IMG/VR virus record: IMGVR_UViG_3300042691_020576
From: a virus
Taxonomy: Duplodnaviria > Heunggongvirae > Uroviricota > Caudoviricetes
Reading direction: 5' to 3' (one strand)
Length of the DNA: 48,132 nucleotides
Positions 26,791 through 36,243 of this stretch are shown one piece after another (the stretch's first letter is position 1; the number at the start of each line of letters is the position of its first letter). The notes below the pieces were generated by a model. It was not told the DNA's origin. It worked only from the letters and a program-made list of their open reading frames with translations, and did no database searches. Both the position numbers and the translations under genes were made by a program.

Positions 26791-27318
26791 CAGTGAATTG
26801 TACACAGATAGTATTCTGTCTATGTACCTGTATGTTTTGCTTTTCTGTCTGCACTCGTATGCAAATAATCCATCAGCATCATATCTATCCAACACCCAGC
26901 GTGTATCACCTATTAGGCAATTGGACGTAATGAAGTTGTGAGAATCAATGTTATTTAGGCTGACGTTAAATCCTGTGAGTCTCAATGCACCAGACTTCCA
27001 CACTTGTCTGAATGATATGAAATCATTGTCCAGGTCCTTTATGCTATCCCATAGCTCTGGATGAAGTGTGGTATCATCATCATTGAAATATACATGACCA
27101 GATGTAACTTGGTCCAATCCGTAGTTCCTTTGGGCATTACCAGAGGTACTCTTTGAATCCTTGATAGCGTACAATTCAGCATCAATGTTGATGTCTGGAA
27201 CTGTTTCTGCGTCAAACACAACAATCCATCTATACCATTCCTTTGGAATATTGATACTCTGTGCAATCTTCTGTAGGTTCTCTGGCCTACTACACGGTGT
27301 GATGATGTTTAGAAACAT
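26785..27318 (-). CDS. GT2-family glycosyltransferase
   Basis: IITPCSR, IVVFD, GNAQRNYGL, FNDDD. Confidence 0.75.
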   Translation of the reverse strand: MFLNIITPCSRPENLQKIAQSINIPKEWYRWIVVFDAETVPDINIDAELYAIKDSKSTSGNAQRNYGLDQVTSGHVYFNDDDTTLHPELWDSIKDLDNDFISFRQVWKSGALRLTGFNVSLNNIDSHNFITSNCLIGDTRWVLDRYDADGLFAYECRQKSKTYRYIDRILSVYNSLK

Positions 27319-28057
27319 AGTCTTTAAGCATTTGTACATAATCATGTTTCCATCTAGGAACAAGTTGCACTTCCCCTGTAGGAATTTTTCCTTGTTGTCT
27401 TAGATTTTCAATATATGCACTGTGTCTCTGAATTGCATTAGGTCTATTAGGAGTATCGTGTCCCTGACCAGACATGTGATAACTACGTCCGCCCCACATG
27501 TAAAACCAACTTGCTTCATGCTTTGGAGGAGTGGCAAACAATAGCCCACCATGGGCATGTAGATTTTGTATAAAGGTCATGTCATACCCAGCGTTCTCAT
27601 CAGGGTGACCACCTATAGCTTCCCATGCAGACTTCCTGAATACAATACCAGAATTGCCTATCCATGTAACATCAGTGATGCTATCCCCATTAAAGAACAC
27701 ACCAGGATTCCAATGCATGATGTTCACACCATCTTTGAAATACTTGGCTACATTCTGTAAATGCCATGGCATAGCTACATCATCATCATCCCATTGACAG
27801 ATAATATCCCCTCTACAGATGTCTGTAGCATAATTCTCCTTCTGACCAATGGTGGAGAAGGTGAATTCTGTATTATGGATTCTAACCTGTGGGTGATCAA
27901 ACCTAAGCTTCTGTAACGGATAGTCATTCACTATCACAAGCTCACACTTATCTGCAGGATAGTCCTGCTTGAGGAAAGCGTTCAAGCTCTCCTCAAGCGT
28001 TTCCACCCTACCATAAGTGATCATCTTACAGCTTATGAAAGGTAAATTACCAGACAT
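27290..28057 (-). CDS. GT2-family glycosyltransferase
   Basis: ISCKMITYGR, QDY..ELVIVND, GDIICQWDDDD. Confidence 0.8.
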   Translation of the reverse strand: MSGNLPFISCKMITYGRVETLEESLNAFLKQDYPADKCELVIVNDYPLQKLRFDHPQVRIHNTEFTFSTIGQKENYATDICRGDIICQWDDDDVAMPWHLQNVAKYFKDGVNIMHWNPGVFFNGDSITDVTWIGNSGIVFRKSAWEAIGGHPDENAGYDMTFIQNLHAHGGLLFATPPKHEASWFYMWGGRSYHMSGQGHDTPNRPNAIQRHSAYIENLRQQGKIPTGEVQLVPRWKHDYVQMLKDYVSKHHHTV

Positions 28058-28340
28058 GTACAATATCAAATGGTGACACCAATAACACCTCACGTTCTTT
28101 TGACAGAGGGATGATTGTGGCTTTTCTGGCTAATGCCTCAGGATCAACCAGCACTTCATCACCAGCAGCAAACGAGGTTACCAGATCACCTACAGCATAC
28201 ACTTTCAATCGTGACATTTTACCCAGCAATTCCTTCTTCAGGGCTTCCTTGGTGTTCTCATCAACGATCAGCTTACTTTCTTCTTCTTTCTTGGGCATCT
28301 CAAGATATACACGATTGCCCAGCAGTTTCTTAAACTCCAT
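28047..28340 (-). CDS. groES: GroES-like co-chaperonin
   Basis: KLLGNRVYLE...KVYAVG...AGDEVLV...LLV..FDIV pattern of Cpn10. Confidence 0.6.
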   Translation of the reverse strand: MEFKKLLGNRVYLEMPKKEEESKLIVDENTKEALKKELLGKMSRLKVYAVGDLVTSFAAGDEVLVDPEALARKATIIPLSKEREVLLVSPFDIVHVW

Positions 28341-28342
28341 GA

Positions 28343-28615
28343 TTATTGGATATTTGTAAGGTTTGACAATCTAGCGTAGTCTTCTTTAGACAATGTGATT
28401 TCACTCTGGAACACATCCTTTACACGCTTAGTTCCTATAATTGCTCTTGTTTTAGGATGCATATCAGGAATCTCATGAGCACGTTCATGAAGATCATCTA
28501 ACAATACTAAGGCTGATCCATCTTCGTTTTGCACGGTACGAATCACCTTGTTTACATTAAAACTGTCTTTGAAAGTTTTGTCTTCTACGGTTCTTGTATA
28601 AAAAAACAGGTTCAT
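28343..28615 (-). CDS. Hypothetical protein
   Basis: Packed ORF in operon. Confidence 0.55.
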   Translation of the reverse strand: MNLFFYTRTVEDKTFKDSFNVNKVIRTVQNEDGSALVLLDDLHERAHEIPDMHPKTRAIIGTKRVKDVFQSEITLSKEDYARLSNLTNIQ

Positions 28616-28618
28616 TGA

Positions 28619-28864
28619 TTAATATTTAAAAGTGATTGCTTTTACAATGTTCATTTGAGCATTCAGGATTTCTGAGAAAGCATTTTGATGAATACCTACA
28701 CTTAATTGAGAGTGTCCTTTAGATGTAAGATTATCTTGAACAATGTCTGCCAGTTCTGCACAGAGCTGTTTTACTCTATTCACCTTTGGGTCTCCTGAGG
28801 GATTGAAATCTACACCTACCAACATTTCTCCAAATGTCATAGGTCTTGTTGTCATGTCTTCCAT
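28619..28864 (-). CDS. Small helical-hairpin protein, possibly Acb2/Tad1-like
   Basis: FGE..VG..FNPSG...VKQ..AEL...AQM..VKAIT. Confidence 0.4.
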   Translation of the reverse strand: MEDMTTRPMTFGEMLVGVDFNPSGDPKVNRVKQLCAELADIVQDNLTSKGHSQLSVGIHQNAFSEILNAQMNIVKAITFKY

Positions 28865-28865
28865 G

Positions 28866-29309
28866 TTACAAATTGTATTTGGTTTTTAAATAATTACGTT
28901 GTTCATTGATCTTATCATACCTGTAGATGTCCATCTCCACTTGATCATGTTCTTCCCATGTCAAAAGTATAATATTTTCCTCATCGAAACAAGCTTGAGG
29001 ATATTTTTCTTTGGGCAAAATGTGATGGAAGAATATTGTCAAAGGCTCTTTTCCTAGAGAGATGCCACTTATCTCTGACCTATGTGGTTTCTTGTTCCAG
29101 ATAGTCATGAAAAACTCATTCATTTTCAATGAGTTATGAGAAGAATTGTCCAGTTTTTTAGTAAATAAACTGGACATTTTCTTCGCATTTTTGCGGAGAA
29201 TAGGGGATTTATTCTCCGCACGAGATTTAGGAATAGGCTTTCTAGGTTTGTGCCTGAAGCAATATTCTCCTTCACATTTAGCTTTACACGTTTTGCACTC
29301 GTTTTTCAT
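28866..29309 (-). CDS. Zn-finger plus HNH-like (NinG-type) nuclease
   Basis: CxxC...YCFRH; HHILPK...NIILL..EEH. Confidence 0.55.
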   Translation of the reverse strand: MKNECKTCKAKCEGEYCFRHKPRKPIPKSRAENKSPILRKNAKKMSSLFTKKLDNSSHNSLKMNEFFMTIWNKKPHRSEISGISLGKEPLTIFFHHILPKEKYPQACFDEENIILLTWEEHDQVEMDIYRYDKINEQRNYLKTKYNL

Positions 29310-29646
29310 AGTAGTAGATGATAGATCTATCTCTATTGATAAGCTTGGCAGCTTTACCATAATTGATTTGATGGTGTGCAATATTCTTACAGAAGTCCTC
29401 AATAGCTAATCTTTCGTTCTCGTGACTGTTCATAAACAATCTACAACCACTTTTGATAACATCTAAGGAGGCGCTATATTTAACAAGAGCTTGGTCTAGT
29501 AGTTCTTGTGCTGTAGGGGTGTTGTTACCTTTACTTCGTCTTACACCTTTCATACTGTTCCAATCTATGATTAGCTTCTTGCCATACTTTTCTTCAAACT
29601 CTCTCTGGTAACCCTTAATTGTCATTAACTCTTGTGCGTTCATCAT
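29284..29646 (-). CDS. Hypothetical protein with C-terminal HTH (DnaA_C-like)
   Basis: AAKLINRDRSIIYYY. Confidence 0.4.
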   Translation of the reverse strand: MMNAQELMTIKGYQREFEEKYGKKLIIDWNSMKGVRRSKGNNTPTAQELLDQALVKYSASLDVIKSGCRLFMNSHENERLAIEDFCKNIAHHQINYGKAAKLINRDRSIIYYYEKRVQNV

Positions 29647-29837
29647 TTGATTTTTGAATAACATTTAAAACCCACTCTGTCATTATGCTTTGTGATCAGA
29701 GCGTTTATCTTGTCTTTCCACTCCTCGTACAGTCGCTTCTTGCGTTTGTCCATTTTATCTCCTTCTTCAAACAAGGCTTCAATGTCCTGTTGCATTTCTA
29801 CCACTAATGTGTATTCTTTTTCAGAGCCTTCTGACAT
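29643..29837 (-). CDS. Hypothetical protein
   Basis: Packed ORF. Confidence 0.5.
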   Translation of the reverse strand: MSEGSEKEYTLVVEMQQDIEALFEEGDKMDKRKKRLYEEWKDKINALITKHNDRVGFKCYSKIK

Positions 29838-29844
29838 AGAGATG

Positions 29845-30291
29845 TTATTTTACTCCCGTACTACCAAACCCACCCTCACCACGTTCTGTAGAGGAGAGCT
29901 CTTCAACTTCCTCAATATCAAAGTCTTGGACCTTTTCAAAGTAGATTTGACCACATCTGTCACCAACACCAAAAGGTATAGGAGACTCCATCATTTCACC
30001 CAAACATCTGAACACCATCATCCATTCACCACGATAGTCAGCATCAATTACACCCATGGAGTTAGCTAACACCCAATTGGTTTTTGAAATGCCACTACGA
30101 GGTAAAACTAGTCCTTTGTACCCAACAGGGATTTCTGTGCTGAATCCCAGCTTGACAGTCATTTTGTTTGGATATTCCACTAGGATTTCACGTGCATGTA
30201 CATCATAACATGCAGCATGAGCACTCCCCTTTACGGGGAGCTTGCTCTGCTCATCAATCTTCTTGAACTTGATTACTAACTTCTTCGCCAT
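29845..30291 (-). CDS. dut: Trimeric dUTPase
   Basis: AACYDV, PRSG, GVIDADYRGE, GQ, RGEGGFGSTG. Confidence 0.95.
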   Translation of the reverse strand: MAKKLVIKFKKIDEQSKLPVKGSAHAACYDVHAREILVEYPNKMTVKLGFSTEIPVGYKGLVLPRSGISKTNWVLANSMGVIDADYRGEWMMVFRCLGEMMESPIPFGVGDRCGQIYFEKVQDFDIEEVEELSSTERGEGGFGSTGVK

Positions 30292-31291
30292 CTTTTAATT
30301 TGATTTTGTTAAGAATTTCTTTTACCACCTCTTCATAGAACTCTGGATTGTCAATGAGCATTTTCTTGAACTCTTCCAGGTCATATTTGGTCTCTTTGAA
30401 GGTCATGGTTTTGCCATACTTTCTACCAATCTCATATTCATTCATGAGCTCCAACACTTCGCCCACCTTATCAATACCCTCACCATACACAATCTCAAAG
30501 CTTGCCATTCTATACGGAGGACTCATCTTATTCTTTGTGGCTTTCACCTTGGTGAGATTACCATAAGTGACATCACCTTCTTTAGCCAATGATCTACTCA
30601 CCTCAATACGAACATCTGAATAGAACTTCAGAGCATGTCCACCTTGTGTTGTTGTAGGATTGCCAAACATTACACCAATCTTCTCACGATACTGACTGAT
30701 AACAATCACACAAACTTTGTTATTAGCAGCAGCAGTTTTGAGCTTTGGATAGGCGTTGCTGTTCAATACAGCTTTCTTACCAATAGCACTGTCACCCACA
30801 TCACCATCTAACACCTTCTTAGGAATAAGTGAGCTATCTGAATCAATAATCACCAAGTCAATCTCTCCTGTTTGAATCATTTCCATGGCAATATTGAAAC
30901 CTTCTTCACCGCAACTTGGCTGAGCAATCAACATCTTTGTAGTGTCTACACCCAATGCTTGGAAGTATTTCTTATCAACAGCATGTTCACCGTCAATATA
31001 TAACACTGTACCACCTTTCTTTTGACATTCTGCAGCAGCGTGACCACAGATGGTGGACTTACCTGTACCTTCCCATCCCATGAGTTCGTACAGCTTACCT
31101 TTTACAAAACCACCTACACCCAATGTAATGTAGTCAAAACCAATTGATCCTGTGCTGATTATATCATAATCACCACCAGGCTTACTATCAAGTGCAAGTA
31201 CACTACCTACACCATAAGCCTTATTTAATTTTTCCATTGCCTCTTGGAACTTACTTTTTCCTTCGGCTGTTTCTTGTTTTGCTTTAGCCAT
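30254..31291 (-). CDS. recA: RecA recombinase
   Basis: ISTGSIGFD, GWEGTGKST, YIDGEHAVD, GGHALKFYSDVRIE. Confidence 0.95.
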   Translation of the reverse strand: MAKAKQETAEGKSKFQEAMEKLNKAYGVGSVLALDSKPGGDYDIISTGSIGFDYITLGVGGFVKGKLYELMGWEGTGKSTICGHAAAECQKKGGTVLYIDGEHAVDKKYFQALGVDTTKMLIAQPSCGEEGFNIAMEMIQTGEIDLVIIDSDSSLIPKKVLDGDVGDSAIGKKAVLNSNAYPKLKTAAANNKVCVIVISQYREKIGVMFGNPTTTQGGHALKFYSDVRIEVSRSLAKEGDVTYGNLTKVKATKNKMSPPYRMASFEIVYGEGIDKVGEVLELMNEYEIGRKYGKTMTFKETKYDLEEFKKMLIDNPEFYEEVVKEILNKIKLKDGEEVSNQVQED

Positions 31292-31311
31292 TATTTGATA
31301 TTTATTGTCTA

Positions 31312-31342
31312 CAAATTTACAAAATTAAGAGGACTTTTCAAT
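31312..31342 (-). promoter_or_regulatory. Promoter ATTG-N19-TAAATTTG for recA operon
   Basis: Consensus -7 box and spacing, just downstream of a terminator. Confidence 0.65.
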
Positions 31343-31355
31343 GAAAAAAGACCAT

Positions 31356-31390
31356 AAAAAAGAAGCCCCAATGTAGAAACACCAGGGCTC
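31356..31390 (-). terminator. Intrinsic terminator
   Basis: GAGCCCUGGUGU-UUCU-ACAUUGGGGCUUC stem with G-U pairs plus U-tract on - strand. Confidence 0.75.
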
Positions 31391-31415
31391 ATTAACCATA
31401 AATCAAAAACCAAAA

Positions 31416-31583
31416 TCATCTCTTTTCACGTTCCTTATTTCCCTTGATGTGTTTAGGAGTGTATGGACAATGTCTACATTTGTTTCCACAACAGCTACCT
31501 CTTTCTAAATGGTATTTTTCTGTGAACACCACTCTTCCACCTTCAAGATAATAATGCACGCCTTCTATGAATTCTTTTTTCAT
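31416..31583 (-). CDS. 55-aa Cys-rich protein (DUF5522-like; not in ORF track)
   Basis: RGSCCGNKCRHCPY; ATG overlaps nrdJ stop. Confidence 0.7.
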   Translation of the reverse strand: MKKEFIEGVHYYLEGGRVVFTEKYHLERGSCCGNKCRHCPYTPKHIKGNKEREKR

Positions 31584-33496
31584 TAGATATTAATTTCACA
31601 AGCGCCACCAGCACATGCTGCCACTTGACCAAACTCCACTGTATCATCCAACTCAATCACTTTGGTTAAGTCAACTAGCTTCAATGTCTGAACACGCTTT
31701 TCATATTCCCCTCTTGAGATGTCTTCAAAAGGAGCCTGAGTATAAGATCCGTTATCATAAGGTAGCACACTCAAACCATTGTAATACTCACGATTGTTCC
31801 ACATCCATTCTCCTACAACTTCCCATTCGTTTATAGTAGTTGTAGTTTCATTACCCATCATATCAAACTTACCAGTTCCTACAGTTCTTTTAGAATCAAT
31901 AGAAATTGTAGCAGATACGTTGTGTGTATTGTCACCTGTGTTATGACCAGCCTTAATCCACTCGGTTGCAAATTTCTTTACACGTTCCAGAGTGTCAATT
32001 GCTGTTTCTGTTCTGAAGATTGATCCTTCAGGAGCCTTCACAGGGATGCGTACACAAATGGTATCATGAGGTCTACGTACATCATCTTCAACGAGTTCTG
32101 GATGATTTACAATCAGATAGCTTGCAATGTCTTCATTCTTACCAAAGCGCACTGTACGCAGATAGTAGTTATTATGCCATGCATGAATACCACTAGCTGT
32201 GCCCAGCACCAATGATGTGGTACCAGAAGGCTTAATACATGTTACACGAGCAGCTTCGTTGATGCCAATCATCTCACTCACTATAGAGTTTGTGAGTTTT
32301 GCTACATGGGCTGCAGCTTCCAGATTGTATTTCAGGATTTCACCACTACCAATACCTGTCATACCAATGCCTAACAGAGCATCCTTTTGAGTGGTTTTCT
32401 GCCAAATAGGTCTGAGGTAATGGAAGTCTGTAAAGCCAGCCTGTAATGTACCAAAGAATGCAGCAGCTGTTACACGGTCATTCAGGTCTTCCTGACTAAC
32501 GATGTCTGATACATTCACCTCACACAAGTTACAGAACTGATAAGGTCTAAGGGCAATCTCACAACATGGATTGGTTCCCCAGTCCAGATTGTTGGTCCAA
32601 TAAATACCAGGCTCACCGCTACCAGAAGCTTCAATTCGCTTCCAGAGGGCATCAAATTCCTCCTTACCTACAGAACCTCTCAACAACACAGCAGAATTGT
32701 TTGCTCTACCACGCTGTTCGTTAGTCTCCCACCAATTATCATACTTACATGTGATCATTTCTTCATCATCATGACTGAACAGACTAATCATAGCGCTTCT
32801 ACGAATACCGCCAGCCAATACACTGTTTGCAATGTGGCACAGAATATCATGACATTCCAGAGGACTAAGTTTATCACCTTCCTGCTTTCTGTCTAAGATA
32901 GCTTGTACATGGACTAAGCAAATCTTCAAGGGCTCTGGACCAGGAGCTTTACCACCAGCCGTAATCAATCTAGCACCCTTCTTACGAATGGCTCTAAAGT
33001 CAAACTTAGGCATGAAGCTTCCTTCCAGATAGGCTTTCATCAACACTTTTACAGCATCAGCCCATCCCATAATGCTGTCCTCAATGAGGTAATTTCTTTG
33101 TTTTCCAGGTTTTTTGATGTCTGGTAATTGTGCAACGTGTTGTTTCTGAACACTATAGCCTACACCTGTACCACCTAACAGCAAGAACATAGTCTCACTG
33201 AAACTGTGTACACTATCAATAGGTAGATAGCAACAGTTGTAAATTCTTGAGTTGTTCACTTCTGCTGCTGGTCCAGCAAATTGCAACGCACGCATAGAAG
33301 GTAACACTTTTTTGTCAAGGATGAACTTAGAAGTCTGCATGATTGATTCTTCAATCTTAGGATACTTCTTAATCATCATCTGCTGATACCTAGTAATAAT
33401 TTCTTCCCAGGTCTCTCTTCTCTGTAATTCTGGAATGTATTTAGCATACTTGCTAAACACAGTCAACTTGCTCAATACGTCCAATCCTAAATCCAT
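31583..33496 (-). CDS. nrdJ: Class II (B12-dependent) monomeric ribonucleotide reductase
   Basis: YNCC, TNPCCEI, CNLCEVN, IKPSGT; no NrdB partner nearby. Confidence 0.85.
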   Translation of the reverse strand: MDLGLDVLSKLTVFSKYAKYIPELQRRETWEEIITRYQQMMIKKYPKIEESIMQTSKFILDKKVLPSMRALQFAGPAAEVNNSRIYNCCYLPIDSVHSFSETMFLLLGGTGVGYSVQKQHVAQLPDIKKPGKQRNYLIEDSIMGWADAVKVLMKAYLEGSFMPKFDFRAIRKKGARLITAGGKAPGPEPLKICLVHVQAILDRKQEGDKLSPLECHDILCHIANSVLAGGIRRSAMISLFSHDDEEMITCKYDNWWETNEQRGRANNSAVLLRGSVGKEEFDALWKRIEASGSGEPGIYWTNNLDWGTNPCCEIALRPYQFCNLCEVNVSDIVSQEDLNDRVTAAAFFGTLQAGFTDFHYLRPIWQKTTQKDALLGIGMTGIGSGEILKYNLEAAAHVAKLTNSIVSEMIGINEAARVTCIKPSGTTSLVLGTASGIHAWHNNYYLRTVRFGKNEDIASYLIVNHPELVEDDVRRPHDTICVRIPVKAPEGSIFRTETAIDTLERVKKFATEWIKAGHNTGDNTHNVSATISIDSKRTVGTGKFDMMGNETTTTINEWEVVGEWMWNNREYYNGLSVLPYDNGSYTQAPFEDISRGEYEKRVQTLKLVDLTKVIELDDTVEFGQVAACAGGACEINI

Positions 33497-33517
33497 AATA
33501 AGGGTGATTTTTAAATG

Positions 33518-33553
33518 AAAAATAAAGGGCAGCAAATTTAACTCGCTGCCCTC
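33518..33553 (-). terminator. Intrinsic terminator just upstream of nrdJ
   Basis: AGGGCAGCGAG-loop-UUUGCUGCCCU plus UUAUUUUU. Confidence 0.75.
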
Positions 33554-33578
33554 TAACTTCCAAGACAATGAGAAAATT

Positions 33579-33833
33579 CTAGCTAACTAGTTTCCTTATC
33601 GCTGCACCCAATTCTTGATCATTGGAATACAAGTCAACTAGTCTTCTCATCTCCTTGTTTAATGACATTTCTTTCTCTATGTAGAGAGTGGCATCCATTA
33701 GCTCCTCTTGAAGATGTTTTAAATAACTATCTTTGTTATTCTGGCCTAATGTGGTGCCATACTTCTGCATCCCTACATCACTCCGCTGGACATATTTCTC
33801 CAACACCTGTTGTACTATGGGATCCTTCATCAT
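33579..33833 (-). CDS. All-alpha NTP pyrophosphohydrolase-like (MazG/dATP-dGTP diphosphohydrolase-type) small protein
   Basis: GMQKYGTTL...HLQEELMDATLY. Confidence 0.5.
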   Translation of the reverse strand: MMKDPIVQQVLEKYVQRSDVGMQKYGTTLGQNNKDSYLKHLQEELMDATLYIEKEMSLNKEMRRLVDLYSNDQELGAAIRKLVS

Positions 33834-34209
33834 CTGTTGAAAGTTTTGGCTCAAGCCTGTGATTTAATAATGTAAATGCTCTTTTGATGGCCCATGTTTC
33901 AGCCTCTTTTCTGTTGTCATGATAAGGATCCATGCTCCATACATCATTGATGTTCCAGAGGAATCCTCCTTCTTTCTTTACAACATTGATAATTAACTTG
34001 TTATCATCAAAGACATCAAATAGTAGCCTAGGATTTGCATCAATCACCTTAGAAAGCGCTTCATCAGATATGCCTTGTTGACGCATATATTCCTTGAACT
34101 CCTCAGGAACATCTCTATCTTTGAAAGATTCGATCATTTCTCCCATAAACCATGCTTTGATTACCTCAGTAGCATATGGGTGTTTTTCTAACATTTCTAT
34201 TGACTTCAT
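33778..34209 (-). CDS. Hypothetical protein
   Basis: Start moved to ATG 34209. Confidence 0.5.
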   Translation of the reverse strand: MKSIEMLEKHPYATEVIKAWFMGEMIESFKDRDVPEEFKEYMRQQGISDEALSKVIDANPRLLFDVFDDNKLIINVVKKEGGFLWNINDVWSMDPYHDNRKEAETWAIKRAFTLLNHRLEPKLSTDDEGSHSTTGVGEICPAE

Positions 34210-34408
34210 TGTACTTTTTATTAAGTTCTTCAAATTTGTTTTTCCACCAATCACGTTCAAAATCGTGTTCTGTAGGTTCATCCCTACCTTCTTTGACAGC
34301 TTCCTGATGAAGAATACCGTGCATAAAAGATACCATTTCGGCAAATTTTACCATTGATTCTTCACCAAACTTTTCTGTCATTCGACTTACAAGTTCATCA
34401 TTGTACAT
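34166..34408 (-). CDS. Hypothetical protein
   Basis: Packed ORF. Confidence 0.5.
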   Translation of the reverse strand: MYNDELVSRMTEKFGEESMVKFAEMVSFMHGILHQEAVKEGRDEPTEHDFERDWWKNKFEELNKKYNEVNRNVRKTPICY

Positions 34409-34952
34409 GCTGTTTAGCTTTTTCAATGTTTAAAATCTCATACTCCTCCTCGAAGCTATACCAGATCTCTTGATCATCATCAAATGTCACGTCAAGTTTC
34501 TCTTCCCAAAACTTAATCAAGTCTTCTGTCTTGTTGAAGATACGATACTGCAAACTGACTTCATCCTTATGCAAACCGTTCTTTTTGATCTTGATCACTT
34601 TAGGGAACAGTGCTTGAAATGCAGGAGAAGTTTTGGAATACTTGCTTTGTCTAACCAATGCAAAATCTTTGGAGTATTTATCATCAAGCTGATACACCAC
34701 CACTACAAATCCATCTTCACAATCATAATCATCAACGATTGCCTTGGTTCTGTCATACTCCTTATCCAAAAATTCCCTGAACTTATCAAGGTTCTTAGGC
34801 TGGAACAGTAGATAGATGCAGCCTTCATAATGCACATCTCTACCGCCATCCTTTATATAGCCATTAATAAAACCATTATCCATGAGGTCCACCCTAGGAA
34901 TACCAAGGGTGGGCACCATGAATATACTTGTGATAGTCTTCTTTCTATCCAT
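34398..34952 (-). CDS. Hypothetical protein
   Basis: Overlapping start/stop with exonuclease gene. Confidence 0.6.
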   Translation of the reverse strand: MDRKKTITSIFMVPTLGIPRVDLMDNGFINGYIKDGGRDVHYEGCIYLLFQPKNLDKFREFLDKEYDRTKAIVDDYDCEDGFVVVVYQLDDKYSKDFALVRQSKYSKTSPAFQALFPKVIKIKKNGLHKDEVSLQYRIFNKTEDLIKFWEEKLDVTFDDDQEIWYSFEEEYEILNIEKAKQHVQ

Positions 34953-35998
34953 TACATAATGTTTACCAATCCGTTATTCATACTATTTTCTCTAGATATG
35001 TTCCATGTGTTGTTTTCAATGGCCCATTGTAAATCCTTAATAAGCGTAGCTACACCTTTATACTCCCTATTCTTATGAGTGAAACCGTTATAGGCATTCT
35101 CCAAATCTTTATCAGAGAGAGTATAAATCAGTGGATTGTAATAGTTTGTACTGTCACAAACAATGAACTTTGGAGGTTCTACACGATAGCCTCTGATCTC
35201 TGGTGTATTGTTCATGTAGTGAATTGCAGCTTTGTAATACAATAAAGCTTGAATATATGCTCTGCGGTAGAGATAGTATTCTTCCAAGAAATTCTCTACA
35301 GACCATGTGCACTTAAGATCATATACCTGCACTGTTTTTTCCTCATGGTCAATAACCACCTTATCCATCATGCTTTTAAACTCATGGTGGTCCAGTGTAT
35401 AACCTTCCACTTGAAGCTGATTGTGCACTGTATATCTAGCACTGCTCACCAGATTCACTACATCCTTGGTAACAGGATTGTTACGCAGCTCTTCTACAAT
35501 CTTCTCTGCAGTGTTTACATCTTCTGCTGTCACCACTGTAAGACCCATGGTTCTCACCTTGCGGATTTCATTATAGTAGATTTCTGCATCAGATCCTGCA
35601 AACTTACCAATCACTGCATCATACTTGATTTTGAAACCAGATTCTGCATATGCATCCTTAGAGATTTCCTCAAAGCTTCTGGTAACATTACCATCTTCAT
35701 CTGTAGCCTCTCTGGTAAACTTGTACAATGCTTCAACAAATGCAAGCATCAATCCTGTAGGTGCACTTATACATGCTGACATGTAGAACTTCTGGTCAAA
35801 CAACTCTGGTTCCATCAGTAAGGTTTCTACAATCTTGCCCATTGTGGCTGCTTGATTCTCTTTATCCTCTATGTTTTCACCAAGGATATACTTTTTGTAA
35901 TACTTCTTTCTGTCCATGCTGAATTCCTTCAAGCTGGACGAGCTATCAATTGCTTTTGCACGATAGAGTGCTTCTGTTTTTACTTCTCCTGTGATCAT
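34952..35998 (-). CDS. PD-(D/E)XK exonuclease (RecE/DUF3799-like)
   Basis: SSSSLK, MGKIVE, KSMMDKV...YDLK, YIQA..Y. Confidence 0.75.
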   Translation of the reverse strand: MITGEVKTEALYRAKAIDSSSSLKEFSMDRKKYYKKYILGENIEDKENQAATMGKIVETLLMEPELFDQKFYMSACISAPTGLMLAFVEALYKFTREATDEDGNVTRSFEEISKDAYAESGFKIKYDAVIGKFAGSDAEIYYNEIRKVRTMGLTVVTAEDVNTAEKIVEELRNNPVTKDVVNLVSSARYTVHNQLQVEGYTLDHHEFKSMMDKVVIDHEEKTVQVYDLKCTWSVENFLEEYYLYRRAYIQALLYYKAAIHYMNNTPEIRGYRVEPPKFIVCDSTNYYNPLIYTLSDKDLENAYNGFTHKNREYKGVATLIKDLQWAIENNTWNISRENSMNNGLVNIM

Positions 35999-36243
35999 TT
36001 TTTGGTTTGTTTAAATGCTTCGATAATTGAATTGTACATAACTCTAACTTCACGTGGCACCCTGGCAAAGAACCATCTAACCTCTGGAGCATATTCATTC
36101 CCCCTAGGATCTGTACCCTGAGGATCAATAAGCCAGAAGTAATGACGTTCTCCTTTGGATTCAATATATCCTTCATGCCACACCTCTGTAAATGAGGGTT
36201 CTTTGTTAATCACTATTTGATTAACCTCTTCTTTATTATCCAT
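35995..36243 (-). CDS. Hypothetical protein
   Basis: Overlapping start/stop. Confidence 0.55.
   Translation of the reverse strand: MDNKEEVNQIVINKEPSFTEVWHEGYIESKGERHYFWLIDPQGTDPRGNEYAPEVRWFFARVPREVRVMYNSIIEAFKQTKK

Noticed and set aside
30254-33496. Intein or group I intron in recA or nrdJ
   Set aside because: Both ORFs are continuous and of normal length, with no splicing motifs
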